Shown piece by piece: positions 28,023 through 40,374 of a stretch of DNA of 64,000 bases. The stretch lies in contig NW_027266308.1 of NCBI RefSeq assembly GCF_022045235.1, positions 35,588,001-35,652,000 of the forward strand, written 5' to 3'. Under the pieces are notes generated by a model, which was not told the DNA's origin, did no database searches, and worked only from the letters and a program-made list of their open reading frames with translations. The stretch's first letter is position 1; every line of letters starts with the position of its first letter. Position numbers and translations under genes: made by a program. The stretch is from Haliotis cracherodii (Eukaryota).

Positions 28023-28486
28023 ATTCCTGTCCTAACGGATTACTTGACAAGCTTGTGGACACTAATGTGAGTTCAACCAGTTCTTGTGACTACACAGCCA
28101 ACCGGATACCTCATTGTCCTTCTTATCTGGCAAACGGACCGTGTCGACCACCAACGTACCTGGACAATGCACAACCCTTGTACATGCACAATAGCGTGGA
28201 TGGCACCAGACATTGGGAGTACAATACTCGCGTGTTTCCTTCAAGAGACGGATTAACTCACATCCCGGATTATGTTCGTAATCTCTCTGCTTTGTCATGT
28301 GTTAAGACCAACGCTTGTTCCAAACGAAAACGGAGCAATGATGAAGTTGAATCTGATTCTGTGAAGCGACGCTGTAAAGCTCCCCAATCTATGGGTGCAA
28401 TGTATCCCTATGGTTACAGTGTACCTTACTCGGGACAATATCAATCATTTCATGAGACAATGTTCGGTAGAAGCCTCATGACATGA
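28023..28486 (+). CDS. Paralog 4, exon 2 (DSCPNGLLDKLV...VRNLSALSCVK...KRKRSNDEVESDSVKRRCK...); spliced protein about 285 aa
   Basis: Acceptor TATATTACAG|. In frame with ORF 27968..28486. Homologous to paralog 3 exon 2. Confidence 0.87.
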
Positions 28487-28956
28487 TGACGTATTGAACT
28501 CTATTTATTGATGAACGGTGCTATGAACATTCCTCCCCAAGTGTCTTTCGCTGCAATCACCCACCCCGCCACATGTTACCGCCATGAGGTGCTGGTTTAC
28601 TTTAATGGCAGTTCTTCCAAATAAAAGTTTACAACATATTTGGTGTTCCGAGAGTCTTCATTTAGAAGTCGAGCATGTCTGTTTCACAATGCTATCAATA
28701 GTACTAATGGCTTTCGGACTTTTGTGTGTCTGTTTTCTCATGTCTTAGTGTGCGATAACGAAACCTGAGAAATGTAACAGATTTGTATCCTCTAGTTCTC
28801 AATCAAGTTGATAACTTTCGTTGATAATCTGATTATCTGACAAATATTATATTTGGACTGTAATATATAGAGAATACTTATTTTAAAGCCGTTAAAATTT
28901 GGTGTCAGAAAGTCATCACACAAGATAGAGCAGGTATGACGCAGGTTTTACCAGTA

Positions 28957-29122
28957 CAGTAAACTACGCTTATAACGAACTCAAAGGGACCACTAATTTT
29001 ACTTCGTAATAACCGTAGTTCGTTATAAGCATATATACACAACCATTGTCCGGGACTAAAAACTAAGTTCGTTTTATCGATCAGTTCGTTATAAGCGTGT
29101 TCGTTATAAACGTAGTTTCCGG
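28957..29122. mobile_element. Second copy of the same MITE
   Basis: High similarity to 14307-14491. Confidence 0.82.
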
Positions 29123-31791
29123 TATCTTAGTTGCAACAAGTCGTGTCAGCTCAATGGTCAAAGCTATACAAAACAGACAAATTTTCTTACTATAAGTACA
29201 GTTAATACATTTCAAATACAGGTAATAGTACACAAGCCGTAGAACTACGGGGGGACTTTGTATATACATCAACACATCAAATATTTACTTGCATAGGCAT
29301 TAAGTATATAACAATGCCCGCCGTCGAGTTACATGATAAAGAGTTCTGTCCCTGTTGGATATAAACAAAGCCAGAACTTTAGTACATCAGACAGAACACC
29401 ATATTTGTCTTTAAAATATATTGCTAAAAAGTATAAGTTCAAAAGTAGGTCTTATACATATGACAGTTGAGTAAAACGTGAAGCTCATCTTTAATACAAG
29501 TATTGCAGCACAATTATCTTTTCAACTGGTAGGTTTTCTTAACGCCCTGTTTCTGGTTGTGGCAGCTTCACTTTTGATCTTGTCCAGATGGCATCGATAA
29601 CCCGCGTCGTTGACTGCACTCCTTGAGTACTTTGAGTACCATGTGAACGAGACCAAGGAGGATAAGGGGTCATTTTGATATTAGTCAAGTACTTCCATCC
29701 TGAAAACTAAGGGACGCAGCTATCTATAATGAATTATTTCCCCTAAAAATGGCTCAAAATGGCTGGCCATTCAGGGTCGGTGTTACCACGGACGTACATA
29801 TGGACATCTTTTGTGATACCGATGAATATGAAATACCATAATGCTTGAAATGAGTATGCCGGATTTGAAATAAAGCAACATACGAATGTTTGATCAAGGT
29901 TACAACATTTTGTATGGTAGACATATGGAGGCCATTTCCACTGACGCGCCAGTGATAAAAATAATGTCCGATGCGATTCCCTACTTTGACTTGTACCATA
30001 TGTTCCCGTGTCTGAGCTATTGATTTATCTTGCCTGTGTTTGTGATGGGTGCCATTGGTGGGACAGGATACGCTCACCTCTTCGGGAACACCTTATATCA
30101 TTATTATTTGATAGTAGACCGCCTCCGTGGTCTAGTGGGAGAGCGGAAGGTCCTTGAAGATGGTACTTGTTGTTACCCTGTCTGGCGCTCGACATTAAGG
30201 GGCTAAACAAGGACTTGGTCGGCTCGGAGTCAGTATACTGTGACAAGCGTATTCGAAAATCGAAGTAAAGTTCCGTTTCCGGGTCTCCTAGATCATCGTA
30301 AACCTATGCAGTCTTTATTTATGATATATGTATCACATTTAGCGTCCGTTATTATCGATTCAAAAGTTATGGTTTGTACCACTGTCTTTGACACGTCTTC
30401 CTCTACGAATAGTATTCAACATAGTCTGTCTTACAGACCCTGATACAAATATATATATCAAATACAGCCCATGCAAGTCTATAATGTTTGGCAAGTCTAG
30501 ATCACTGCAGTATCAGTATCTGAAAATGAAGAGAGTCACTGGGCTCCTTTTCATTGTATTTTTATTAAGATAACTGAACAACTGTTTTTTTTATGTAAGA
30601 TGTGTTCATTTCAGAGACTAGATGCTAGTCTATATTCAACACTCAATCACCGGTAAGGTGACCCAGCTATTTTATAAATTGGGATTTGTCGAACTCTGGT
30701 TGTGCAAGAGAGCACACCTCTATCCAGGGAGTCTATATAGTCTTTGTATAGTGTCCCTGCTCCAACTAAGCTACCCAACAATCCATCATTTACAACAAAG
30801 AAACTCTCTTTCAACATCCCTTTGATCTGTGGACCTACATGTTGATGAAGCGTGAATGATAATACTGATATATGAGTGACGTTTATGATAATTGCTCTTA
30901 TTTTCACCTTGGTCCAAACCGAATTATGCAATAGTTTGTGACGTAACATAGGGGAACGTTGCTGTCCATCATCTAATCATGCTGTTAGCAAGTGGCCAAT
31001 TACCAAGTCATGTCAAATCAGATATGCCAAAACCTGCCAAACCGTGACAGTGAGATGTAACACAACCCCTGGCTGTTAATTTCAATAGACAGAGTATCAA
31101 TTAGAACTGAGAAAAGAGTCAAACTGATATACAAGCAGCTCATTCCCTTATCAACCAGACAACACAAGGCCTAATCTTACCATACTCCCCAGGGGTAGTG
31201 CGTGAAACAAATTGCATAATATATTTACTGATTGAAAATATTGCGATGACACATTTTCTTGAAAAGGACATCCGGTTATCAGGTGGGAATGGGAACACAC
31301 AGGATGCTTTTTAAAAAAAAAATTAAAAAATGCTTCACTTTATACACGTTGCTTTATTTCTGTTCATAAGTATATTAAAATGAATGTACGTTCCGAGTTC
31401 AAACACAAGGTATAGTTCCCTCAAGCGATGTGTATGAGGTGTACTAGGGCCAAAACGTGACAGATGGATATTTAATGTCCCATTTGTTTTTGAATAGATT
31501 AATACAACTCTTATTAATCATTCTAATATATGCTGTATCATACATATTAGGTTACATGTTGCAAATGCAATCGTTTGGAATATGCATATCGAATGGATTT
31601 GAAGTTGATCATATTTCATGTCTGGTTTCGGTTTTCAGAGTCTATTGTTTTCATTATAGCTTGACGGTTTTTATAATGATTATTATAACTTTAACAATAC
31701 AATGTCGCTTGGTTTGCAGGATATATTGACCAACGTGGTAATGTAAATTTATTAAGGATACAGTTTGGCATAACTCCATTGTGAATTATTT

Positions 31792-32057
31792 AGTTTGTTT
31801 GTTTGTTGTTTAACGCCGCACTCAGCAATATTCCAGCTATATGACGGCAGTCTGTAAATAATCGAGTCTGGACAAGACAAACCAGTGATTGATATCATGA
31901 GCATCGATCCACGCGATTGGGATACGGTGACATGTATCAAAAAAGTCAGCGAGCCTGACCACCCGATCCCGTTAGTCGCCACTTACGACAAGCATAGTCA
32001 CCTTAACGGCAAGCATGGGTTGCTGAAGACCTATTCTAACCCAGATCTTCACGGGTC
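31792..32057 (-). mobile_element. Family A SINE, full length
   Basis: Matches family A consensus. Confidence 0.88.
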
Positions 32058-32342
32058 GAATTATTTAGTAACCATATGATATAATGGGGTAGAGGAGGAG
32101 GGAGTGTATATATTTTTTTAATCTGATTCCTAATATGGTGGACGAAGATAATTTTCAGATCAAACCTGATCTCCTGACAAACTGGATGATCTAAAAAATG
32201 GGATGAAAATATGTTTGGTTCTTCTTGGAGAATAATATTGTTTTGATGCATTAACTGAAAAAAATCTTGCTATCTCAAACAGTCCCACCCAGAGTGGTCA
32301 ATGGCCGATCCGTCAGCATAAGTGACGGATGTTAACCCGTAA

Positions 32343-32610
32343 GGTTGGTTGGTTTGTTGTTTAACGCCGCACTCAGCAATATTCCAGCTATATGACGGCG
32401 GTCTGTAAATAATCGAGTCTGGACCAGACAATCCAGTGATTAATATCTTGAGCATCAATCCACGCATTTTGGATACGATGACATGCATCAACCAAGTCAG
32501 CGATCCTGACCACCCGATCCCTTTAGTCGCCTTTTACGACAAGCATAGTCACCTTTTACGGTAAGCATGGGTTGCTGAAGAATTATTCTACCCCGGAATC
32601 TTCACGGGTC
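32343..32610 (-). mobile_element. Family A SINE, full length
   Basis: Matches family A consensus. Confidence 0.88.
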
Positions 32611-33396
32611 TACTCCGTAAGGCAGGATGTGCTTACAATTCTTTCACGCGCACACACACGCACATGCGAGCACGTCGCTATATATGTGCAAAGATCTAGA
32701 TGAATTCACCCTAATTACGCTGTAACGTTAGGTCATGCATTTTAAATGCACATCGATATCACAGCTAATACAAATGTTAATTCGGAATGACATATATATG
32801 AAACCCAAGATAAACGAATATTAAATATTTGTTATCTACATACATCATTTTGTCTACAGCTGTGCGCGCGCTTGTCTATCATCTAAATACATTTGACAAA
32901 GGTTTTTGTTGGACTTTGTCTTTCATGCATGTATAATGTATTTCTATGGTGATCGTGTCAATTCTTGCATGAGTAGAAAAATATAATTACTATTAGTTGA
33001 CTATTATTTTGCAATAAATTTTGATATCTCACCCTGCGTAACTCAAACCGTCACAACATTTTAGCGCTATTTCTTCAGCCTTTTACAATGCTCTAATGGT
33101 CAGGTCCATATATATAATTAAATGACTTTGAGATACGGCTGATCCACATCCACACAACAAGAGGAGATTTTGAAAGATGTTTACAACGTACAAGTGTAAT
33201 TTGTTGTAAAATGTGCTTTACACTAATATATAGTCGGCCAGACGAAGAGATATCAAGAAAAAAAATCATAATAGATATCACGAAGCTTCGCACATACACA
33301 CTGAAGACATATATTCATTTGCGTTTAAACTGCATATTTTACATAGCCTCTCGCTCCTATGGCTAATAACGTATAGCCTTTTTTCAATACAGAGTG

Positions 33397-33652
33397 GACC
33401 CGTGAAGATCCGTGGTAGAACATGTCTTCAACAACCCATGCTTGCCGTAAAAGTGGACAATGGTTGTCAACTGAGGCGGCTAACGGGATCGGGTTGTCAA
33501 GCTTGCTGACTACGTTGATGCATGTTATCGTATCCCAATTGCGTAGGTCGATGGTCATGATCACTGGAATGTGATCATGGCCAGACTCGATTATTAACAG
33601 ACCGCCGTCATATAGATGGAATATTGCTGGATGCTGGATAAAAACAACAACA
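33397..33652 (+). mobile_element. Family A SINE, full length (3' fragment also at 34150-34240)
   Basis: Matches family A consensus. Confidence 0.85.
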
Positions 33653-36099
33653 ATTCAGTGTACAATGGTTTGAATAAAGCTTTCCGATTCGTGAACACTA
33701 TATACCAGTGTTTTCTTATGTTTTGTCACCCAAATGATGAATACATCATTCTTCTGAGGTATCATTAATACTTTAGACACAATGCAAGGAACAACTCTCC
33801 CTTTCACTTGATGTTAAGTAAGATACGGAATAAAGAATATTTGTTGTTCACTGGACGTTACATCATACAGTACCATCGCTCTATTTGATCTCTTTATGTA
33901 TTCCTGAAGTGAGTGAATAATTTCATAGGCACACCAGCAATAGCTCAGCGATACGCAGGTACAAACTATCATTTCCCGAGAATATCGTAATAAGTAGAAA
34001 TGTGTGTAGGTTTACGATGATTCACATGCAGATCTGTCTCCACCAAAACAGCCCATTTACTAAATACGTATGCTTCTTAAAAATCCTATTTAACATGTAT
34101 TTTAGTCATTAATGCACTGTCAGAAGTATATTTGTCAATGGATATCGATCCCAGGATTGTTGTCTGGTCCAGGCTCCATGTTCCACAGACCGCCGTCATA
34201 TAGCTGGAATATTGCTGAGTGCAGCGTTAAAAACACACAAAGAAACAGAGTGCCCCGGTTTGAATTAATGTTTCAGGTTCTTGAACACTATATTCATGGG
34301 TATTTTCATGTTTTGGCACCCATATGTTGAATACATCTTATTTGATATTGATTAATTAATATATTCTCTTCCTTATTAATACTGTAGACACAATACAATG
34401 CAATACAAGGTACAACTTTCCCTTCACTTCATATATATAAATTTCGTTATATTATCAATAAAGGTATTCGCAATGCTAAATTATGGCAATGTCAGTAGTA
34501 AAATGACTAACAAAGACTTGCAACTAACAAAACACCAAACTGGACTTAAAAAATTGTTTACAATTACAGAGAAAATAATAAATCCCGTTTCCATCAAATA
34601 TTAACAAAGACAAGCATCCCACCGCCTGATCCTTAGCTAAAGACGCCCTACCAGAAGGAACGGCGAGAAAGATAGTTGGGCGCAAGAGATTACATCAGTT
34701 CGCCCTCAGACTCATGCTGCAATTTACCACTATGCTGTCAGCATGTGGGGAGTATTAGTCACAGATGAGCCGCAGAGAGTGGAAGATAGACAGCTATTGA
34801 CAAGAACACACACCCACCCCACCCCGAGGTTGGACACCACTCGTCCGTTAGTGTCTAATCACCTTATGTATACAAGCCTACCCTCAGGTTATCTTGTAAG
34901 ACGCCATTACAGGCTTCAGAAAGGACGATGACGTAATGGGATGACCGCATGATGAGCCCCACTGCATGTTTATCATCACGGCTTTGTGATGACATTGTTA
35001 TCTGGTGTTGTGTTGTTGTGACTGGTAGCACTGTGGGTGTATCATTGTGTCTTTGTCTCCGTAAGAGACACATTGGATTTATGACATCATTGCCCTTGGT
35101 CTGCTGATACATATCCATTTGTGTAATGTAAATGACGAAATAACATTGACGTGGGTAATCACATAGCTTGAAACTGAATGTTTAAACGGGTAGGATTCAA
35201 TTCTGTGTCAAAAGGGTAGCGTTGGGGAAGTGCATCTTACAATCCGATATGCGATGATTTAAAACCAATGACTTAATTGCTGATAGAGAGTATGAAAGAA
35301 AAAGATTACACAGGGGTTTATTTGGATACGATCTAGAAGCCAATGGTCACCGCTGAGACACTCTCTGTTTGCCTCTTGGTGTTTTAGCTGAGGGGCTCCA
35401 TAGATTCACAATGATGACATTATGACAATTACAATCATCTGTTGTTCTTTAGACTCATTTACAGACCTCTACAATACATGCATTTATTTAATATATACTA
35501 TAATGTACACATATCAGCAGGTTATAACTTAGGGTTCTATATTTCCATGAATCTTGAACACATTCTACACAATTAAGCAAGCATTGATATTGTTTCCTCA
35601 TTATTTTATAAACAAATGGATCTTTTATCATGACAGTTCATAATATTTGAGGAAAAACACGAAGAGCGTATATAATTTCATAGGGGGCAGTGCAAGGGTA
35701 CATGTTCTTTATCTTCTAAATCTGAAATTTAATACAAAGAATATCCTTATCGTGTAGGGAACATAAGCCTTTCCTAAGTTTGGGAATGCTTAATGCATTA
35801 TACCCACTTCGAAATTTAAGCAGGACCTGCTTATGATTGATTACTTCTATGCAATATATATTTTATTCTCTATTCAAATCACTTTCAAAGGAGAATAGAA
35901 TGCTAAAGATGTACTATGAGCTTGTAATGCCGGCTTTGTGTATAACAATCAATCAATCCATCTTTGTTTGAAGACAAGAAATAGAGACATGTTACCGACA
36001 TCTTAAGCAATCCATACCTCGCCAAAATCACACAGACAAAGCGGATTTCTAATATGTGGAGCCAGATTTAGGAATGGTCCGTTACAGGATTGTTTGAGC

Positions 36100-37320
36100 A
36101 TATCATAGCATTGGAATGGATAGCTGTCATGTGGCATTGAAATCAGACGGAGCCAATATCGAATGCAATTCACTTAAAGGTGATATCTATAAAGGGACGC
36201 CCACAATCACTTAAGGTTTTTCTTGAAATGAGAGCTTTGCTGACCTGTGATGTACGAGTATGCCTTTGTCCAAACCATTTTGGGGGGTTATCCTTAATCC
36301 CAAATATTTACATGCGTTATCGTTAATCTCCCTCCGTTTTATAACCACTTCTCATATTTTGATAAATAGCCCCCATTCCTAAATACCATTTTATGTGTTT
36401 TATCATCATTGATTTCCATTCGCCACTCAATACACTGTTGGTGCTAACTGTCTAGTCTTCTCTGTAATCTTAATGTAGGATCTGCTGTAAGTATCAGGTC
36501 ATCGGCAAATAGTTGAGAAATAACGTTACACATTTCCTCAGATACACATCAGGCCCTATTATTGAGAAGAATTCACAATGTATAGTTACCATTATAAGGA
36601 GAGAATAAAACAACTTTCTTCTGTCAACCATATCGAACGCATTTTTTAAACCAACAAAGGCCCTGTCTTCTTGTTGTATGTTTTGTACCAGAGCTTTGAA
36701 TATAAAAACTATCAATTGTTAAGTGGTCCTTTCTGAAACATTTGATTTCCCAATAATTTGTTCTGTTTCCACAAAGGTGTCTAGTCTTTTATTCAGGGTG
36801 TATAAAAAAATCCTCCTCGCTGTATTCAATATCGAGACCACCCTGTAATTATTGTGATCCCATACATCACATTTCTTTCATATCGAAAAAATAATGACTG
36901 ATGTCCATGCCTTGTAGTAACCTATTGTGTAGAAATTCATTGCATGATATCTTTTAATATGTTGTTATGAAGTCATTTATATTTGGAAATATTCTAAAAG
37001 CAATCCATCATCTCCAGGATATTTATTACTTTTAGAATTCACGAGCTTCTTTAATGTCATCATAACCATTAATGTTCGACACCGAATCACATGAATCTGG
37101 GTAATGATCATGTAGAAACTCGTCAATATGCATTGAAAATGTATTATCCTTTTCATCTTCTCTTGTATGATTAAGGGGATGGTAATAGTACGCCTGCCAT
37201 TCCATAGCAGTAATATTGTTTGTAACGGATCTTTTACTGCAATGTTGTTTAATCAAATTCCAAAAACCTTCATAAGATATCTCTTCAAAAGAAGAGTCAA
37301 CTCTACGATTCCGACTATAT
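36100..37320 (-). pseudogene. Fossil non-LTR retrotransposon (LINE) ORF2 RT region
   Basis: Fragments PGDDGLLLEY, DHNNYRVVSILNT...LNKRL and FVGLKNAFDMVDR match the LINE motifs PGxDG, NYRxISLL and FxDxxKAFDxV. Frames are broken. Confidence 0.75.
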
Positions 37321-37344
37321 TGTGAACATGTGTTTACGAATCAC

Positions 37345-37560
37345 TATCCAATAGTAATGATACCAGGTGTTCGCGAAGCTGTGAGCGTATCCTGCCCCTC
37401 CGGTGGCATCCGCCACAAACACACGCAAAGGCAAGTAAAATGTTGGCCTAAAAAAACATGGGAACCTATGGTACACGTCAAAAGAGGAAATCTTAGTTTT
37501 GTAAATACTGCGTCATATTTGGAAATGGCCTCCACATATCTACCATAAAACCTTGAATGT
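37345..37560 (+). repeat. Unclassified dispersed repeat; reverse copies at 24300-24530 and 29890-30105, fragments at about 16460 and 18380
   Basis: Shared GTGAGCGTATCCTG...CACAAACAC...ATGGTACA..TCAAAA..GGAA. Confidence 0.7.
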
Positions 37561-37611
37561 ATGATGCCCTTTGAAGTCTTCGAAGACAGCATGCTCGGTA
37601 GTACCTCAAAA

Positions 37612-37869
37612 GTTGTTGGTTGGTCGGTTGGTTGTTTTGTTGTTTAACGCCACACTCAGCGACATTCCAACTATATGACGGCGGTCTGTAAATAATCGAG
37701 TCTGGACCAGACAATCCAGTGATTGATATCATGAGCATCGATCCACGCCATTGGGATTGATGACATGCATCAACCAAGTCAGCGATCCTGACCACCCGAT
37801 CCCGTTCGTCGCCTCTTACACCAAGCATGGGTTGCTGAAGACCTATACTACCCCGTATCTTCACGGGTC
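37612..37869 (-). mobile_element. Family A SINE, variant with a single GGCGAC motif
   Basis: Matches consensus but lacks the internal duplication. Confidence 0.85.
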
Positions 37870-38939
37870 TCTAAAGTTGTGAAATGTAGACACAAAAGGC
37901 TGGAGCGGTTGGAATATTGCTCGTCATGAAGGAAAAGGGCAATGTGAAAGATGAAGTGTGAATGTCGGGTACTACATGCTTGCCCTTTTCAGTGACCCAT
38001 TCCTATAATTCTCATCACTGTACTGCAATTTGCGTCTTTTGGAATCTGTTTCGCTAGATATTCGGGATTGATTATTCTCTTGCGTAGACGTTCTGAATAT
38101 ATGCCCGCTTGCAATAGTTCATATTCAATAAGTTATGTCACGTTACATTTGTCAATTTGAAGCTAATGCAACTAGAGCAGACACAATTTATGATAACAAC
38201 CAGCTCTAATGTGCTATTACGCGGTCGTCTGGAAGGAATGGCGCATGCGGATGGTGGGTTGTACAATTACCTTTAATGATTCGCATTCGTTCCAGATACC
38301 GATTATCGGTTGTGCTTGCCGTGCGGTATTCTCGACATAATACAAGTCAGATGTTGAGATGAATATACTGCTGTATTTCCAAGCAATGTACGATTCCTCT
38401 GAAACGTTGATTCCTTCCATTTTGATCAATATATTGCATCGATTATTATCTTCCCTATAATACTAAAGTCAAGCCCATATAACAGTAATGTCTCAAATGC
38501 TGAGCAAGAAACACAGCTCACTAAAGAGATAATTATTATATAGGATGCTGATACAGTTTGGGACATAATTATCATGGACTAGAAAACTGTAGGAAAATGT
38601 CACAAAATATCTGTCTTGACAAACAAGGTTACCAGGATATATCGCAAACAGAAGGAACCAACATTTTCCAGAAACCCAAGCGATTTTTTAAACAGATTCG
38701 ATGATGAAGTAACACACTTAAATGAATTTTGTGACTGATTTATCCGCAAAGAAAGTATTTTGTATGGAATGCCAAATGTTCCAAGCAATTAACATAACAA
38801 TGAACCGCGTGGAATAGCCAGAGTTAAATATAAACTCAACACCCAGCCAATCTAAAACTCTGACCTTTCACAGGTGGCCCAGGTATTACACACTGGTTAT
38901 CCGACTATGAATACACGCTAATGGAACCCTTTAGAACTA

Positions 38940-39216
38940 GTGAGTGAGTTGTGTTTAACGCCGCTTTTAACAGTATTCCAGTTATATCACGGCGCGTCAG
39001 CTTAATGTGGGAGGAAAGCCCGAAGTGATGCAGGTCTAAGACGTTTACCACTTCGGTGAAACCCACGAGCACGGGTATGGTGCTGACAAACCTAGAAACA
39101 TAATTGGGGCGAACCGGGATTCGAACCCACAATCATAGGTTTCTGGCGTACCCAAGGGACGCAACTCTGCACAGCGAATCGCGGCGCCTTAGACGACTGG
39201 GCCACCCGTGCCCCCC
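38940..39216 (-). mobile_element. Family C SINE: tRNA-Leu-like head and V-domain-like core (GTGGGTTTC...GGCTTTCCTCCCAC)
   Basis: Near-identical to 50806-51088. GTCTAAGGCGC and GTGGGTTCGAATCCC tRNA arms. Partial copy at 40215-40345. Confidence 0.82.
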
Positions 39217-39486
39217 TTTAGAACTAAAGTACATAACTATACAAGAGATACTATGCCTTTTACAAATTATTAAGTAGTAGTAAGTTTATTTCTGTTTTGT
39301 AGGCCATCAGCCCATGTACACAGTTGATACAACAATATCATACATATATGGCAATCAAATTATTTACCAGTCAACGAAGGAAATAACCAAATATATATAT
39401 AAATATAAGTGGAAAGTGTTCATGGCAGGTTTACAGTGTCACATATATTCAGAAAAGTATACATATTTGCTGTTGGTTTATATGCT

Positions 39487-39757
39487 TGTTTGTTTGTGTG
39501 TTTGTTTGTTTGTTGTTTAACGCCCCGCGATCCCCGCTATATGACGGCGGTCTGTAGATGATCGAGTCTGGACAAGACAATCCAGTGATTGACATTATGA
39601 GCATAGATCTACGCAATTGAGATCGATGACATGCATCAACCAAGTCAGCGAGCCTGACCACCCGATCCCGTTAGTTGCCCCTTACGACAAGCATAGTCGC
39701 CTTTTACGGCAAGCATGGGATTCTGAAGACCTATTCTACCCCGGATCTTCATGGGGC
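39487..39757 (-). mobile_element. Family A SINE
   Basis: Matches family A consensus. Confidence 0.85.
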
Positions 39758-40374
39758 GGGTATGTGAATGAAGCACATCAACCAAATATATCAGCAGCGT
39801 GAATCATTTACCTTTCCTGATACTACACAGGGCGGTGGTGGGATCCTAGCGGTTAAAGCGTTCGCTCGTCACGCCGTATACCCGGTTAATATAGCCACTC
39901 CGAAGCATGTAAGGCCACTAACGGTATCACAAGGCTGACGGGAACGGGTGAGGTTCAAGACGATTAATGCTTGATGCAGTGATTGTCTTGTGGAAATTGT
40001 ATGTCCGCTTCAGTTAACACTGAAATGATAGATTAAAAAGTGGCGTTTTCGTTCGTTATACCATTACTCTGCTCGATAACGATAGACGCACATTGATATT
40101 ATGTAGTCATTCTTGCATTTGCACCAACATGGTGTAACTTACGATTGCATTTACAAGCTGTGTGACTGTTATCCAACTGACTGTGTTAACAAAGTGTAAG
40201 AGCACGCTCGTGTGGGTTTCATTTAACGCCGCTTTGAACAGTATTTCAGTTATATCACTGCGTGTCAGAAAGATGCGGGTGTTGAGCCCGAAGTGATGCG
40301 GATCTAAGAAGTTTACCATGTTGGTGATACCCACGAAACGGTACCGTGTGATGGATTGATAAAGTACACGTCGA

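Noticed and set aside
37493-37864. Recurrent ORF family (MVRLADLVDACH...GPDSIIYRPPSYSWN) seen many times in the ORF track
   Set aside because: These are readings of family A SINE copies, with frameshifts differing between copies.
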